Of a DNA stretch of 64,000 nucleotides, positions 1-10,001 are shown one piece after another. Origin of the DNA: an uncultured Pseudomonadota bacterium (lineage in GTDB: Bacteria; Pseudomonadota; Gammaproteobacteria; Burkholderiales; JALYOK01); contig CAWJAF010000003.1 of the NCBI GenBank assembly GCA_963840785.1, forward strand, positions 23,682 through 87,681. Direction: 5' to 3'. How positions within the stretch are numbered: position 1 is the first letter of the stretch; each line of letters begins with the position of its first letter. Position numbers and translations under genes: made by a program. The notes beneath the pieces were generated by a model, which saw only the letters and a list, made by a program, of their open reading frames with translations, was not told where the DNA came from and ran no database searches.

Positions 1-687
1 GGCAAAACGGCCAAGGACTTCGGAATAGAACGCACCTTGCGGATTGTCTATCGAGACAGCCGTACCTTCTGCGGCTTTCCAACCCGAGGTCTCAAGTTCG
101 CCGAAACGACGAACACCTTCGCTCATTTCAGTTTGGTCGATAATTTCCAACAACACCGGAGTCGAGAACTCCTTTTCGGCACGATTGAAATAGCGACGTA
201 CATTAGCCTTTAGATTTTTGGAACGCTGGTCCCAAAATTCCGTAAAGCTGAGGCCAGAATCGATTCCTATGGTATGGGCGTTCAGTGAAACGATATTTAC
301 CAGTTCCGATCGCGAAAAATCCGGCGAGAAACGGGGATCCACGGCGTAAAGTTCTATTGTCCAGGAGAATCCTGGCAATTGACGCAACAAGCTCTCTAAC
401 TGTCTTGCTTCGGATAACAATACGGCAGTAGCCTGAGCTTGAGACGGCCGAAAAGAGGACCAGCGCCCAAGGCCGTCTGGCTGCAATATCAAAGCGCCGG
501 ACACAACGCCGTTAGTGCGGTGGATACAGAGTTGCTCTTTGCCGTTGGCAAAAAAATCTAGCAATGGGCCAATAAATCGACTGTCGAAAAAGGGGTGGCC
601 GCCGTAGAGTGCCGCATTCAATTGATCCCACTCTTTCGCAAACCTCGGAAATTCGGCCTTCGCTACGTACATTTCCCACGCCATCAT
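1..687 (-). CDS. CelD/BioF2-like GNAT acyltransferase; start is inside the window, 3' end runs off the left edge
   Basis: Absent from the ORF track because there is no stop in the window. My reverse-strand translation from ATG 687-685 stays open to base 1: MMAWEMYVAKAEFPRFAKEWDQLNAALYGGHPFFDSRFIGPLLDFF...FTEFWDQRSKNLKANVRRYFNRAEKEF...RRFGELETSGWKAAEGTAVS. The pattern recalls CelD-like GNAT enzymes of polysaccharide loci (memory, not searched). Its ATG overlaps the TGA of the upstream gene (ATGA). Confidence 0.55.
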   Translation of the reverse strand, partial: MMAWEMYVAKAEFPRFAKEWDQLNAALYGGHPFFDSRFIGPLLDFFANGKEQLCIHRTNGVVSGALILQPDGLGRWSSFRPSQAQATAVLLSEARQLESLLRQLPGFSWTIELYAVDPRFSPDFSRSELVNIVSLNAHTIGIDSGLSFTEFWDQRSKNLKANVRRYFNRAEKEFSTPVLLEIIDQTEMSEGVRRFGELETSGWKAAEGTAVSIDNPQGAFYSEVLGRFA

Positions 688-1904
688 TTCGCTCCCTTCG
701 CCGAGGAGCGCAATACCGTCTGCAGCGAAACAATCATCCAATTCAATTCAGCGTCCGTCAGCGATTGGTGGCACGGTAAATGAAGCAGATGAAGTCGATA
801 GTCTTGGGCGATCTGGCAGTCGGATATTGCCATTTCGTCCCATCGCCATACCGGAATTCCTAACTGCTTCAGCCAGTAAAAATGTGGATTGACGCGCTCG
901 ATATACAGGGGAAACATATACGGCACGCAGTTCTCCGGAAGTTTCGCGAAGGGAACATAGCAGTTTGGTAGTGCGCTAACCGCGTTGGCCCAACGATCAT
1001 AATTCTGCCGCCTACGACGGATAACTTCGTCGATCGAAGATAAGCGGACGACAGCCCGAGAGCTGCAAAGCGCACGGATTTCTTTATCCGCCTTTACATA
1101 CAGCAAGGAGGGGTATGAATATTCTGAGATCTGTTCGCCGCCTTCAACCACCGGTTTATTGCCAAGAGCCTTTACTTGTTTGTCAATCAAGGCTGTTTCA
1201 AAGCTCATTTTATTGAAAGAAAGACATTTCTCGATCGTATGCTTAGCGCCGCGTATTTCTCGTGCGAGGCCACCGGAATGCGTGGTCACGCTATCAAGAA
1301 TTTGCTCATCGCGAGAATAAAGCAATCCGCCATCGGCGCCAGGGAAGAATTTGTAAGGGCTAGCAATCGTAAATTCACCGTAGATACCAGTACCGGCCGC
1401 TCGAAAGCGTTGCGTGAATAAGACGTGCGAACAGTCTTCAATCAGCACAATCTGCCGCTTTTCGCACCATCGCTTCAAATCGCCGAAATTCTGTGGAAAT
1501 CCGAAAAAATGTACCGCCAACAGGGCGCTGATAGGCTTGCCATAGTTCTCGATTAAAACATCCAACTTGTCCAAATCCGGTGCAAGATCTGCTTTTAGTG
1601 GGTACAGCTGAATATCCGCCCCAAGCATTACGGCGGGATCAAGCATCGAGATACAGTGATAAGCCGGCGCAAGCAGTGCGCCTGTGGATCCGACACCTGT
1701 CAATCGATACGCTTCTCCCAACGCATATCTTCCACGGGCGAAGTGCCGATACTGGCCGATTGTTTTGGACTTAAATAGTTGTGAATACGACTCGACGGAA
1801 GACGGGAATTTGAACCGATTTGGCAGCGGCGACACCCGTGGTTTTGGGAAACCGCAGGGATCGGATTTAAATTGAATAAGTTTCAAGGTGGCCTGTTTAG
1901 TCAT
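684..1904 (-). CDS. DegT/DnrJ/EryC1/StrS-family PLP-dependent (sugar) aminotransferase-like enzyme
   Basis: ORF 684..1982. The internal ATG at 1904 gives a family-typical length of about 406 aa. Motifs: RGRYALGEAYRLTG, LLAPAYHCISMLDP, IVLIEDCSHVLF, and SPYKFFPGADGG (the S-x-x-K...GxGG PLP-lysine region). The start codon choice is uncertain; no clear SD at either candidate. Confidence 0.7.
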   Translation of the reverse strand: MTKQATLKLIQFKSDPCGFPKPRVSPLPNRFKFPSSVESYSQLFKSKTIGQYRHFARGRYALGEAYRLTGVGSTGALLAPAYHCISMLDPAVMLGADIQLYPLKADLAPDLDKLDVLIENYGKPISALLAVHFFGFPQNFGDLKRWCEKRQIVLIEDCSHVLFTQRFRAAGTGIYGEFTIASPYKFFPGADGGLLYSRDEQILDSVTTHSGGLAREIRGAKHTIEKCLSFNKMSFETALIDKQVKALGNKPVVEGGEQISEYSYPSLLYVKADKEIRALCSSRAVVRLSSIDEVIRRRRQNYDRWANAVSALPNCYVPFAKLPENCVPYMFPLYIERVNPHFYWLKQLGIPVWRWDEMAISDCQIAQDYRLHLLHLPCHQSLTDAELNWMIVSLQTVLRSSAKGAK

Positions 1905-2333
1905 TGTATTTTTTGTCGAGAACCACATGAATCTAATGGCCGCGGCGACAATAATACTGGATGTAGGCGGGATAGCGCGCATACGTCACGTACTAATTCG
2001 ATTTCCACAAACGCTGGGCGACTTGAATTGCAGGGTCTTGCGGGACCGAACGGAATCGCACACACCTGAACCATAGTAACGAAAGACGACGCACCTTGGA
2101 CTGGTTTCGCGAAGTTTACGTAGTAAGGCATACGGTTAACTCCACGATAGATTCTTAAGAATTCTGAGATATTTGTAATTATATATCCATTATTTCATAT
2201 GATTAAGTTAGTTATATAAAATATATATTAAGATGTGGTAACATCGATTGCAACGACGCTCAATGTTGCTCGCACTATTATCAATCCGGAGGCGTTACCA
2301 AAAAACGACAGCAACAACACGACTGCACACAAC

Positions 2334-3608
2334 ATGAAAATGACCGATCGACCTGACCTCGAGATCGAAACGCTGCGCGCTGAAAATCAGCGCTTGATGG
2401 AACAGCATGCGTTCATGACGCAGGCCTTGCAGGGTTCCGACACAGCGCTTCTGAACCAAATCGATGAACATCAAAAGGCCATGGAAGCGCTGGGGCACTC
2501 CAAAACCCATTTGCGCAAGGTGATCGATTTGGTGCCTCATGCAATTTTCGCCAAGGACGCTGAAGGCCGTTACCTATTGGTGAACCGCGCGATGGCGGCG
2601 GCGTGTAGCTCGTCGGTTGAGGAAATGGAAGATGCGCTGGATACCGATTTTTTCAATAAAGCTGTCGAAGTGGAGCGCTTCCGTGCCGCCGATCGCGCAG
2701 TAATCGCAACAGGGCAGCGGCAAATCATTCCCATCGAAACTATTCGTTTCATGAATGGCGCAGTTCGTTTCTTCAATATCATCAAGATTCCGTTCACTTT
2801 CGGCGACATCCCCGCCGTTCTGGGCGTGGCGACCGACATTACCGAACGCGAACAAGCACGCCTAGAACTAGCCACACTCAACGATGATTTAGAAGAACGC
2901 GTGCGCCAACGCACGGCTGAACTCGAAGCTGCAAACAAAGAACTTGAATCATTCTCCTATTCCGTTTCTCACGATTTGCGCTCGCCGCTGCGTGGTGTCG
3001 ACGGCTGGAGCCTCGCATTGCTTGAAGACTATGGCGACATCCTTGACGAACAAGCCAAGGGTTATTTAAATCAAGTTCGTGCGGAAATTCAGCGCATGTC
3101 CGTTTTAATCGACGACATGCTCAAACTGTCGCGATTGAGTCGTGACGAAATGCGTCGTGAACCCGTCGATTGCACTGCCCTAGCGAATTCGTTCGCAGAA
3201 CGCGTACAGTCGACCAGCCCGGAGCGTCCCGTGCAATGGCGCATTGCGCAGGGAGTCAATACCAGCGCGGATCTTAGTTTGTTGCGGCAAGTGTTTCAAA
3301 ATTTAATCGAAAACGCGTGGAAATTCACCGCGAAGCAAGACGACGCCGTGATTGAATTTGGCGTCGCGGACGCGGAAGGCGAAAAAGCCTACTTCGTAAA
3401 AGATAACGGCGCCGGCTTCGACATGGCCTACTCGGCAAAATTGTTTGGTGCGTTTCAACGACTGCATCGCGTCGCCGATTATCCCGGTACCGGTGTCGGC
3501 CTCGCGACCGTGCAACGCATTGCGCGTCGCCACGGCGGCCGTGTTTGGGCGGAAGGCGAAGTTGGCAAAGGCGCAACATTTTGGTTTACCTTGGGAGAAA
3601 AAGTATGA
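2334..3608 (+). CDS. PAS-domain sensor histidine kinase
   Basis: ORF 2235..3608. Coiled-coil/PAS-like N-terminus, H-box FSYSVSHDLRSPLRGV, and HATPase boxes QVFQNLIENAWKF, VKDNGAGFD, GTGVGLATVQRIARRHGG. The first ATG is at 2334; the ORF-track start at 2235 is GTG. Confidence 0.85.
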   Translation: MKMTDRPDLEIETLRAENQRLMEQHAFMTQALQGSDTALLNQIDEHQKAMEALGHSKTHLRKVIDLVPHAIFAKDAEGRYLLVNRAMAAACSSSVEEMEDALDTDFFNKAVEVERFRAADRAVIATGQRQIIPIETIRFMNGAVRFFNIIKIPFTFGDIPAVLGVATDITEREQARLELATLNDDLEERVRQRTAELEAANKELESFSYSVSHDLRSPLRGVDGWSLALLEDYGDILDEQAKGYLNQVRAEIQRMSVLIDDMLKLSRLSRDEMRREPVDCTALANSFAERVQSTSPERPVQWRIAQGVNTSADLSLLRQVFQNLIENAWKFTAKQDDAVIEFGVADAEGEKAYFVKDNGAGFDMAYSAKLFGAFQRLHRVADYPGTGVGLATVQRIARRHGGRVWAEGEVGKGATFWFTLGEKV

Positions 3609-4048
3609 GCGAAGGCACAATATTGTTGGTGGAAGATAATCCCAGCGACGTCGGACTAGCGCGCCGCGCGTTGGAGAAAAAGCGCATTATGAATCCGCTG
3701 GTCGTTGCGCAAGATGGCCAGGAAGCGCTTGATTATTTATTTGGCACAGGCCAATACGTCGGCCGAAATCTGAGCGAATTGCCTTCGGTTATTTTGCTCG
3801 ACATCAATTTGCCCAAGCTCGATGGGTTGTCGGTGCTACGCAAGATCCGCGAGGATGAACGCACCAAATTCGTTCCGGTCATTATGTTGACGACTTCGAA
3901 AGAAGAGCAAGATCTGGTCACCAGTTACGATCTCGGCGCAAACAGTTATATCCGCAAGCCGGTGGACTTTACGCAGTTCGCTGAAGCGGTCGGTCAACTC
4001 GGGCTCTATTGGCTGGTGCTCAATCAGTCGGCCACACCCAAGCACTAA
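3605..4048 (+). CDS. Single-domain CheY-like response regulator receiver
   Basis: ILLVEDNPSDVGLARRAL, VILLDINLPKLDG and YIRKPVDFTQF are typical REC motifs. ATG 3605 overlaps the kinase stop (ATGA). Confidence 0.85.
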   Translation: MSEGTILLVEDNPSDVGLARRALEKKRIMNPLVVAQDGQEALDYLFGTGQYVGRNLSELPSVILLDINLPKLDGLSVLRKIREDERTKFVPVIMLTTSKEEQDLVTSYDLGANSYIRKPVDFTQFAEAVGQLGLYWLVLNQSATPKH

Positions 4049-6180
4049 TGACGCCACTCAAAGTCCTTTTAGTTGAGGACTCCGACAGCGACGCCGGCTT
4101 GGTCATGCGATCGTTGCGACGCGGTGGTTTCGATGCGAGCTACGAGCGTGTCGAAGTTGGGCCGGATATGGCGAAAGCGCTCGAATTCGATGGTTGGGAT
4201 ATTGTGATCTCCGATTACAACCTCCCCGAGTTCGACGCACCAGGCGCGCTCGCGATTTTGAAAGCATCCAAACGCGACCTACCCTTCATTGTCGTGTCAG
4301 GCAATATCGGCGAAGACTCCGCCGTGAGCCTGATGAAAAGCGGCGCTCATGACTACATACTAAAAGATAGCCTGTCGCGCTTGCCGCTCGTGGTCAAGCG
4401 TGAATTGGCGGAAGCCGAAACGCGCCGTCAACTCAAACAAAGTGAGGCGCATTTGCGCTTAGCGGCGCAAGTGTTCGAAAGCAGTCGCGAGGCGATTGTA
4501 ATCACCGATGCCGCACGTCGCATCGTCTCGGTGAATCACGCCTTCACTGAAATTACCGGACATGCTTTGGACGATGTTCGCAATCAATCAATTGCCGTTC
4601 TCAATTCGTCAGGCGAGGATCTCGATCTGCTTCGCGCCATTTGGTCACAAGTCGCAGAAAAAGGATTTTGGCAAGGTGAAGTTACTACTAAGCGAAAGCT
4701 TGGTACGGATTATCCTATCCGCCTCTCAGTCACCGCTGTTAGCGATGACGCGGGCGCGCCGCAGAATTATGTTTTAGTAGCCACCGATATTACCGAACAA
4801 AAGCAGGCCGTCGAGCGTATCAATTATTTAGCGCACTTTGACGTCTTGACGGATTTACCGAATCGGGTGGCCCTTCACGCTCGCGTCGCGCAGATCCTCG
4901 CGCAAGCAGAAAATTCCGGCACCCACGTATCGATACTATTTGTCGATTTAGATCGCTTCAAAGCAATCAACGATTCGCTAGGCCACCACGCCGGTGACGC
5001 AGTGTTGAAAGGCGTTGCCGCACGATTGAAGCTTTGCATGCGCGCGGCCGATGTGGTGTCTCGGCTAGGTGGCGATGAATTCGTCGTCGTCCTGCCGCAA
5101 ACCAACGAAGTTGGCGCAAAAGAGGTCGCCAATAAGATTCGCGAGGCGCTCAGTGTGCCGTATGTTTTCGATGGCCAAAACCTCACAGTGACGCCCACTA
5201 TCGGCATCAGCGTTTATCCAGATGATGGTGACGATGCCGACACGTTGATTCGTAATGCGGATTCAGCGCTCTATCACGCCAAAGATAGTGGCCGCAATAA
5301 TTACCTGTTCTTCACCCAACGCATGAACCTCGCCGCAATCGAACGCATGGTGCTTGAAAACGGCATGCGTACAGCACTCGATCGCAATGAGTTCGTGTTG
5401 TATTACCAACCGCAAATCGACATCATGACGGGTCGATTGGTTGGAATGGAAGCGTTAATTCGTTGGCAACATCCAGAGCGAGGCTTACTCTCGCCCAGCC
5501 GCTTCATTCCGTTAGCGGAAGAAAGCGATCTGATCGTCGCCATGGGCGATTGGGTTCTACGGGAGGCATGCTCTCAAAACGCGGCTTGGCACAAAGCTGA
5601 ACTGACGCAAATACCGGTCTCGGTGAATTTATCCGCTCGGCAATTGCTCAATCGCTCGCTATCAAAAAGCATTCTCGATATCCTGCGTGACACGGGACTT
5701 TCGGCGCAATATTTGGAACTTGAATTAACCGAAACTATGTTGATGGACAACGCCGGAACACCGGTGAATGTCATCGCGGAACTTGCCGGACAGGGCGTAT
5801 CGTTTGCGATCGACGATTTCGGCACTGGCTACTCAAATCTCGGATATTTGCAGCGCTTTCCACTGCACCGGCTAAAAATTGACCAGTCATTTATTCGCGG
5901 TGTCACGACAAATCATGGGGACGCCGCTATCGTTCGCGCCGTGTTGGGCCTGGCGCGAAATCTTGGACTAAAGGTTCTGGCAGAGGGCGTAGAAAAAATC
6001 GATCAGCTAGAATTTTTGCGCGCGGAAGGTTGCCAAGAAGTTCAAGGATACTTAATCGGCAAACCCGTCCCTGCCGATCAGTTTGCATCGTTACTTCGCC
6101 GGGTACCACCGGTTATTGACGTGTATCGCCCGACGCTCGAAAGCGCTGGGGAAACCGAACTGCGCGCCGCAAATCTTTAG
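4048..6180 (+). CDS. REC-PAS-GGDEF-EAL hybrid response regulator (c-di-GMP turnover)
   Basis: VLLVEDSDSDAG receiver. PAS region. RAADVVSRLGGDEFVVVL carries an RxxD I-site plus an intact GGDEF. EALIRWQHP, DDFGTGYSNLGYL and QGYLIGKP are EAL motifs. ATG 4048 overlaps the upstream TAA by 1 nt. Confidence 0.9.
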   Translation: MTPLKVLLVEDSDSDAGLVMRSLRRGGFDASYERVEVGPDMAKALEFDGWDIVISDYNLPEFDAPGALAILKASKRDLPFIVVSGNIGEDSAVSLMKSGAHDYILKDSLSRLPLVVKRELAEAETRRQLKQSEAHLRLAAQVFESSREAIVITDAARRIVSVNHAFTEITGHALDDVRNQSIAVLNSSGEDLDLLRAIWSQVAEKGFWQGEVTTKRKLGTDYPIRLSVTAVSDDAGAPQNYVLVATDITEQKQAVERINYLAHFDVLTDLPNRVALHARVAQILAQAENSGTHVSILFVDLDRFKAINDSLGHHAGDAVLKGVAARLKLCMRAADVVSRLGGDEFVVVLPQTNEVGAKEVANKIREALSVPYVFDGQNLTVTPTIGISVYPDDGDDADTLIRNADSALYHAKDSGRNNYLFFTQRMNLAAIERMVLENGMRTALDRNEFVLYYQPQIDIMTGRLVGMEALIRWQHPERGLLSPSRFIPLAEESDLIVAMGDWVLREACSQNAAWHKAELTQIPVSVNLSARQLLNRSLSKSILDILRDTGLSAQYLELELTETMLMDNAGTPVNVIAELAGQGVSFAIDDFGTGYSNLGYLQRFPLHRLKIDQSFIRGVTTNHGDAAIVRAVLGLARNLGLKVLAEGVEKIDQLEFLRAEGCQEVQGYLIGKPVPADQFASLLRRVPPVIDVYRPTLESAGETELRAANL

Positions 6181-6320
6181 CAAATTTTATTTGCTTAGTT
6201 ACTTCAAAAAAACAACGTATTAAGTTGAGTTTCTGAGACGAACTAAATTTGCCAAGCCTTGTCATCGTCCGAGGAATGCGTTAGCTTTGCCCCACCAGCG
6301 TTCATGAAGGGGAATAAATC

Positions 6321-6758
6321 GTGGTTAGACAATTAATTTCATTGCGTTCATTGTTAATCGCCTTGATGTTATTCGGTTGTTGCAGCGTGGTTCGTGCGGA
6401 TGGCCCCATTAAAGTCGTCTATCACGTGATGGATACCGAAGCTCAAGGGATGTTAGCGATGGGAAATATTCGCAATCATTTGCGCGAAGACCCAAGCGTG
6501 AAAATCACTTTGGTGGCCTTGTTTAAGGGAATCAATTTGCTGATGGAAGGTACCACGGACAAAAACGGCAATCCTTACGCGTTAGCAATTGAGGAGCTGG
6601 CCGGCAAAGGTGTGCAATTTGAAATCTGCCAAAACAGCATGACTTTTTTCAAAGTAACCGCGGATCAAGTGTTGCCGCAGGTGAAAATTGTGCCGTCGGG
6701 TGTGGCCGAGATAGCGCGCTTACAGGCGCAAGAACATTACGTTTATATCAAACCATAA
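6321..6758 (+). CDS. Secreted DsrE/DsrF-like (COG1416-type) small protein
   Basis: Signal peptide ending VVRA/DG. IKVVYHVMD...KGVQFEICQNSM...VKIVPSGVAEIARLQAQEHYVYIKP resembles the DsrE-like family as I remember it. SD AAGGGGA lies before GTG 6321. Confidence 0.55.
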   Translation: MVRQLISLRSLLIALMLFGCCSVVRADGPIKVVYHVMDTEAQGMLAMGNIRNHLREDPSVKITLVALFKGINLLMEGTTDKNGNPYALAIEELAGKGVQFEICQNSMTFFKVTADQVLPQVKIVPSGVAEIARLQAQEHYVYIKP

Positions 6759-6843
6759 ATACCATCGCGCCAGAGACCACATGGGTACTGGCTCTTGGCG
6801 AGATATGCCTGTAACTCCAGGCTGGTAGGGCGTTCTGGCTTAG

Positions 6844-7845
6844 TTAGCTTTCAATTTTCAAAATAATCTTGCCGACGTGTTGGCTCGATTCCATTAAGCG
6901 ATGCGCATCGGCGGCCTGCGCTAAGGTAAAGGTTGCGCTCACGACCGGCGCGATTTTCCCCGCCTCTAGCAATGGCCATACTTTTTCTTTGACGGCATTC
7001 GCAACCATGGTTTTGAAATTCTCATCGCGCGCCCTCAACGTCGAACCGGTGATGGTCAATCTGCGACGCATGATCAACCCTAGATCAGCGTTCGCCTGCA
7101 TGCCGCGCTGAAACGCAATTAAAACAATGCGGCCCTCTTCCGCCAAGGCGTTGAGTTCGCGCGGAATATAATCGCCGCCGACCATATCGAGAATGACATT
7201 CACGCCGCGACCGTCAGTCAGTTTTTTGACAACGTCGACGAAATCTTCTTTGTTGTAGTTAATCGCTTTCTCCGCACCGAGCTTTTCACAGGCGGCGCAT
7301 TTTTCGTCGCTACCCGCAGTAACAAACACCCGATGGCCGAGCGCTTTCGCCAATTGAATCGCGGTGGTACCGATGCCGCTTGAACCGCCCTGCACTAATA
7401 ACGTCTCACTCGCCTTTAAGCCTGCGCGCATCCAAACGTTGCTCCACACCGTCATGAAAGCTTCCGGCAACGCGGCGGCTTTGACCCAATCGTAACCGGC
7501 AGGAATCGCAAAACAACTACCGCTATGTGCAGTGCAATATTGCGCGTAGGCTCCGCCGGAAACCAGCGCGCAAACCTTATCGCCGACTTTCCGATTGGTC
7601 ACGCCCTCGCCTAACGCTGCGATCGTTCCAGAAACCTCCAGTCCCAAAATATCCGACGCGCCGGACGGCGGCGGATAGGCGCCTTGACGTTGATAGCAGT
7701 CGGCACGATTTATGCCCGCCGCAGAAACTTTGATCAACACTTCACCGGCCTTTGGAAGCGGCAATGCCCGCTCAATCAAATTCAACACTTCGGGACCACC
7801 GGGCGCTGCAAATCCAACGCAATGCATTTTTTGCGGCAAATTCAT
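6844..7845 (-). CDS. NAD(P)H:quinone oxidoreductase, medium-chain dehydrogenase/reductase (Qor/PIG3-like)
   Basis: EVLIKVSAAGINRADCYQRQGAYPPP, LVQGGSSGIGTTAIQLAKALG (Rossmann motif) and GKIILK at the C-terminus. Confidence 0.85.
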   Translation of the reverse strand: MNLPQKMHCVGFAAPGGPEVLNLIERALPLPKAGEVLIKVSAAGINRADCYQRQGAYPPPSGASDILGLEVSGTIAALGEGVTNRKVGDKVCALVSGGAYAQYCTAHSGSCFAIPAGYDWVKAAALPEAFMTVWSNVWMRAGLKASETLLVQGGSSGIGTTAIQLAKALGHRVFVTAGSDEKCAACEKLGAEKAINYNKEDFVDVVKKLTDGRGVNVILDMVGGDYIPRELNALAEEGRIVLIAFQRGMQANADLGLIMRRRLTITGSTLRARDENFKTMVANAVKEKVWPLLEAGKIAPVVSATFTLAQAADAHRLMESSQHVGKIILKIES

Positions 7846-8042
7846 GGGAACTCACGAAAAAGAGAAGATAAGCAGATACTAACGAAACGCAAAAGTGATA
7901 GCAAACGATAACCGTTGTCGGCGCCGCAAAGACCACTAACGTTAGTGCACTCAGCCGCGAATCTTCTATAATTTTTTATGAACGATTTCTCGCAGGATCG
8001 GTCAATGCTTTGACAATATCGTGATAAGGGAAGGGTGATCCT

Positions 8043-9995
8043 ATGTCGCATGATAACAATTCACACTCAAGCGAGCGCCACGGTAATTTTTTGCAATCGC
8101 TTTCCACCTATGCGCGCGAACATCGCGCCGCTCACTGGTTCGGTTCGTTTTCTGAATTCCTTGAAAATATCGCCCCAAAAGATCCGCTCGGCGTAGCGAG
8201 ATCCAGCCACGAATACATGTGGGACATGATTCGCTGGCAAGGCATGGAAACGGCCGACGACGGCCAAGTTCGCTACAAACTTTTTTCCGATGAATTATTC
8301 GGCGTCGACGACGCATTGGCGCGGCTTGCGGATTATTTTAAGGCCGCGAGCGCCGGCTCCGAAGTCGGCCGACGCTTGTTATTGTTACTCGGTCCGCCAT
8401 CGGGCGGTAAATCAAGCATGGTAATCATGCTAAAACGTGGTCTCGAAGAATATAGCCACACCGATGCTGGCGCCATCTATGCGATTCAAGGTTGTCCGGT
8501 GAACGAATCCCCGTTGCATTTGGTTCCGCACACCATGCGCGCCAACTTCCGCGAAACCTACGGCGTGGAAATTCACGGCGAAACCTGTCCCCATTGCCGT
8601 GCGCGCTTGGAAAATGATTTCGCCGGCGATTTCATGAAAATTCCGGTGGAGCGCACCTTCATCGCCGAAGCCGATCGCATGGGCATCGGCACTTACGCGC
8701 CGCATGACCCTACCACTGCCGACCTCGCGGATTTGGTCGGCTCCGTCGATCTCTCCAAAGTCGCGGAGTACGGCGACGAGGGCGATCCGCGCGCTTGGTC
8801 TTGGTCCGGCGCGGTGTATGCGGCGAGCCGCGGCTTGTTGGAGATGATCGAGATATTAAAGGTCAAACGCGAGTTTCTTTATTTGTTGTTGACGCTGACG
8901 CAAGAGAAAAACGTCAAAGTCGCTCGCTTTCCGTTGATTTATCTCGATGAAACGATTTTGGCGCACACCAATCTCGCCGAGTTCAGAAAATTTTTGCAGG
9001 AAAGCGAAAACGAAGCGCTACTCGATCGCATGGTGATCATCCAAGTGCCTTACACTTTGAGCTATCGTGAAGAAGCGCGCATCTATAAGAAGCTGACGTC
9101 GAGCGCCCAAGCCTTCAAAGAAGTCCATCTCGATCCGCACGTGTTACACGTCGCCGCGGTGTTCGCCATTCTCACGCGCCTGTCGGAAAACGAGCAAAAA
9201 GAAGCCGAGTTCGCCAAGCGCGTGCGCGTATATGCGAACGAAGATGTCGATGGCGTGAATCGCTCCGAGGCCGAGCGTCTCAAAGCAAAATCACCGGACG
9301 AAGGTTTGTCCGGCGTGTCGCCGCGCTTTGTGATTAATGCCTTATCTAATGCGATTATCCAAAGCGATCGTAAGAGTTTGAGCACCATGGATGTGTTGTT
9401 GGCGCTGAAAGATTCGATCGAATCCGACGCGCGCATGGACGCAAAGAAAAAGCGCAAGTGGGTCGATTTTCTCGTCATCGCGCGCAAAGATTTTTACAAT
9501 CGCTGGGTGAAAGAGGATGTCCACAAAGCATTGTTTGTTTCCTTCGAACAAGAGGCGCAGGACTTGCTCAACAAATATCTCGACGAAGTCGAAGCAGCAC
9601 TCGACAACCGAACCGTCAAAGACCCGATCACCAACGAAGAGCGCAAGCCGGACGAACGCTTTTTACGCTCAGTCGAAGAAAAAATTAGCATTTCCGACTC
9701 CGGTAAACAATCGTTCCGCCAAGAAGTCGTGCGCAAAGCGATGGGCGCATTCAAGCGCGGCGAGAAATTCAGCCTCGACAGCCACGGCCAATTGCACGAT
9801 GCCGTCGAGCAATATCTGTTCGAGCAACGCCGAGACGTACTGCGCTTAGTAAGTTCGTCCACGCGGCCTGACGAAGAAGCCAAGCAAAAAATCTCCGTGG
9901 TCGAAAAGCGTTTGGTGGATGAGTACGGCTACGATCAGCATAGTGCGCGTGAAGCGTTGAACTACGTGACGACTTTATTGGCGCAAGAGTGTTAA
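8043..9995 (+). CDS. prkA: PrkA/YeaG-family serine protein kinase (AAA-like N-terminal domain)
   Basis: 650 aa. Walker A LLLLLGPPSGGKSS. Typical PrkA length, and synteny with the DUF444 and SpoVR genes downstream. Confidence 0.9.
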   Translation: MSHDNNSHSSERHGNFLQSLSTYAREHRAAHWFGSFSEFLENIAPKDPLGVARSSHEYMWDMIRWQGMETADDGQVRYKLFSDELFGVDDALARLADYFKAASAGSEVGRRLLLLLGPPSGGKSSMVIMLKRGLEEYSHTDAGAIYAIQGCPVNESPLHLVPHTMRANFRETYGVEIHGETCPHCRARLENDFAGDFMKIPVERTFIAEADRMGIGTYAPHDPTTADLADLVGSVDLSKVAEYGDEGDPRAWSWSGAVYAASRGLLEMIEILKVKREFLYLLLTLTQEKNVKVARFPLIYLDETILAHTNLAEFRKFLQESENEALLDRMVIIQVPYTLSYREEARIYKKLTSSAQAFKEVHLDPHVLHVAAVFAILTRLSENEQKEAEFAKRVRVYANEDVDGVNRSEAERLKAKSPDEGLSGVSPRFVINALSNAIIQSDRKSLSTMDVLLALKDSIESDARMDAKKKRKWVDFLVIARKDFYNRWVKEDVHKALFVSFEQEAQDLLNKYLDEVEAALDNRTVKDPITNEERKPDERFLRSVEEKISISDSGKQSFRQEVVRKAMGAFKRGEKFSLDSHGQLHDAVEQYLFEQRRDVLRLVSSSTRPDEEAKQKISVVEKRLVDEYGYDQHSAREALNYVTTLLAQEC

Positions 9996-10001
9996 AGCGG
10001 C

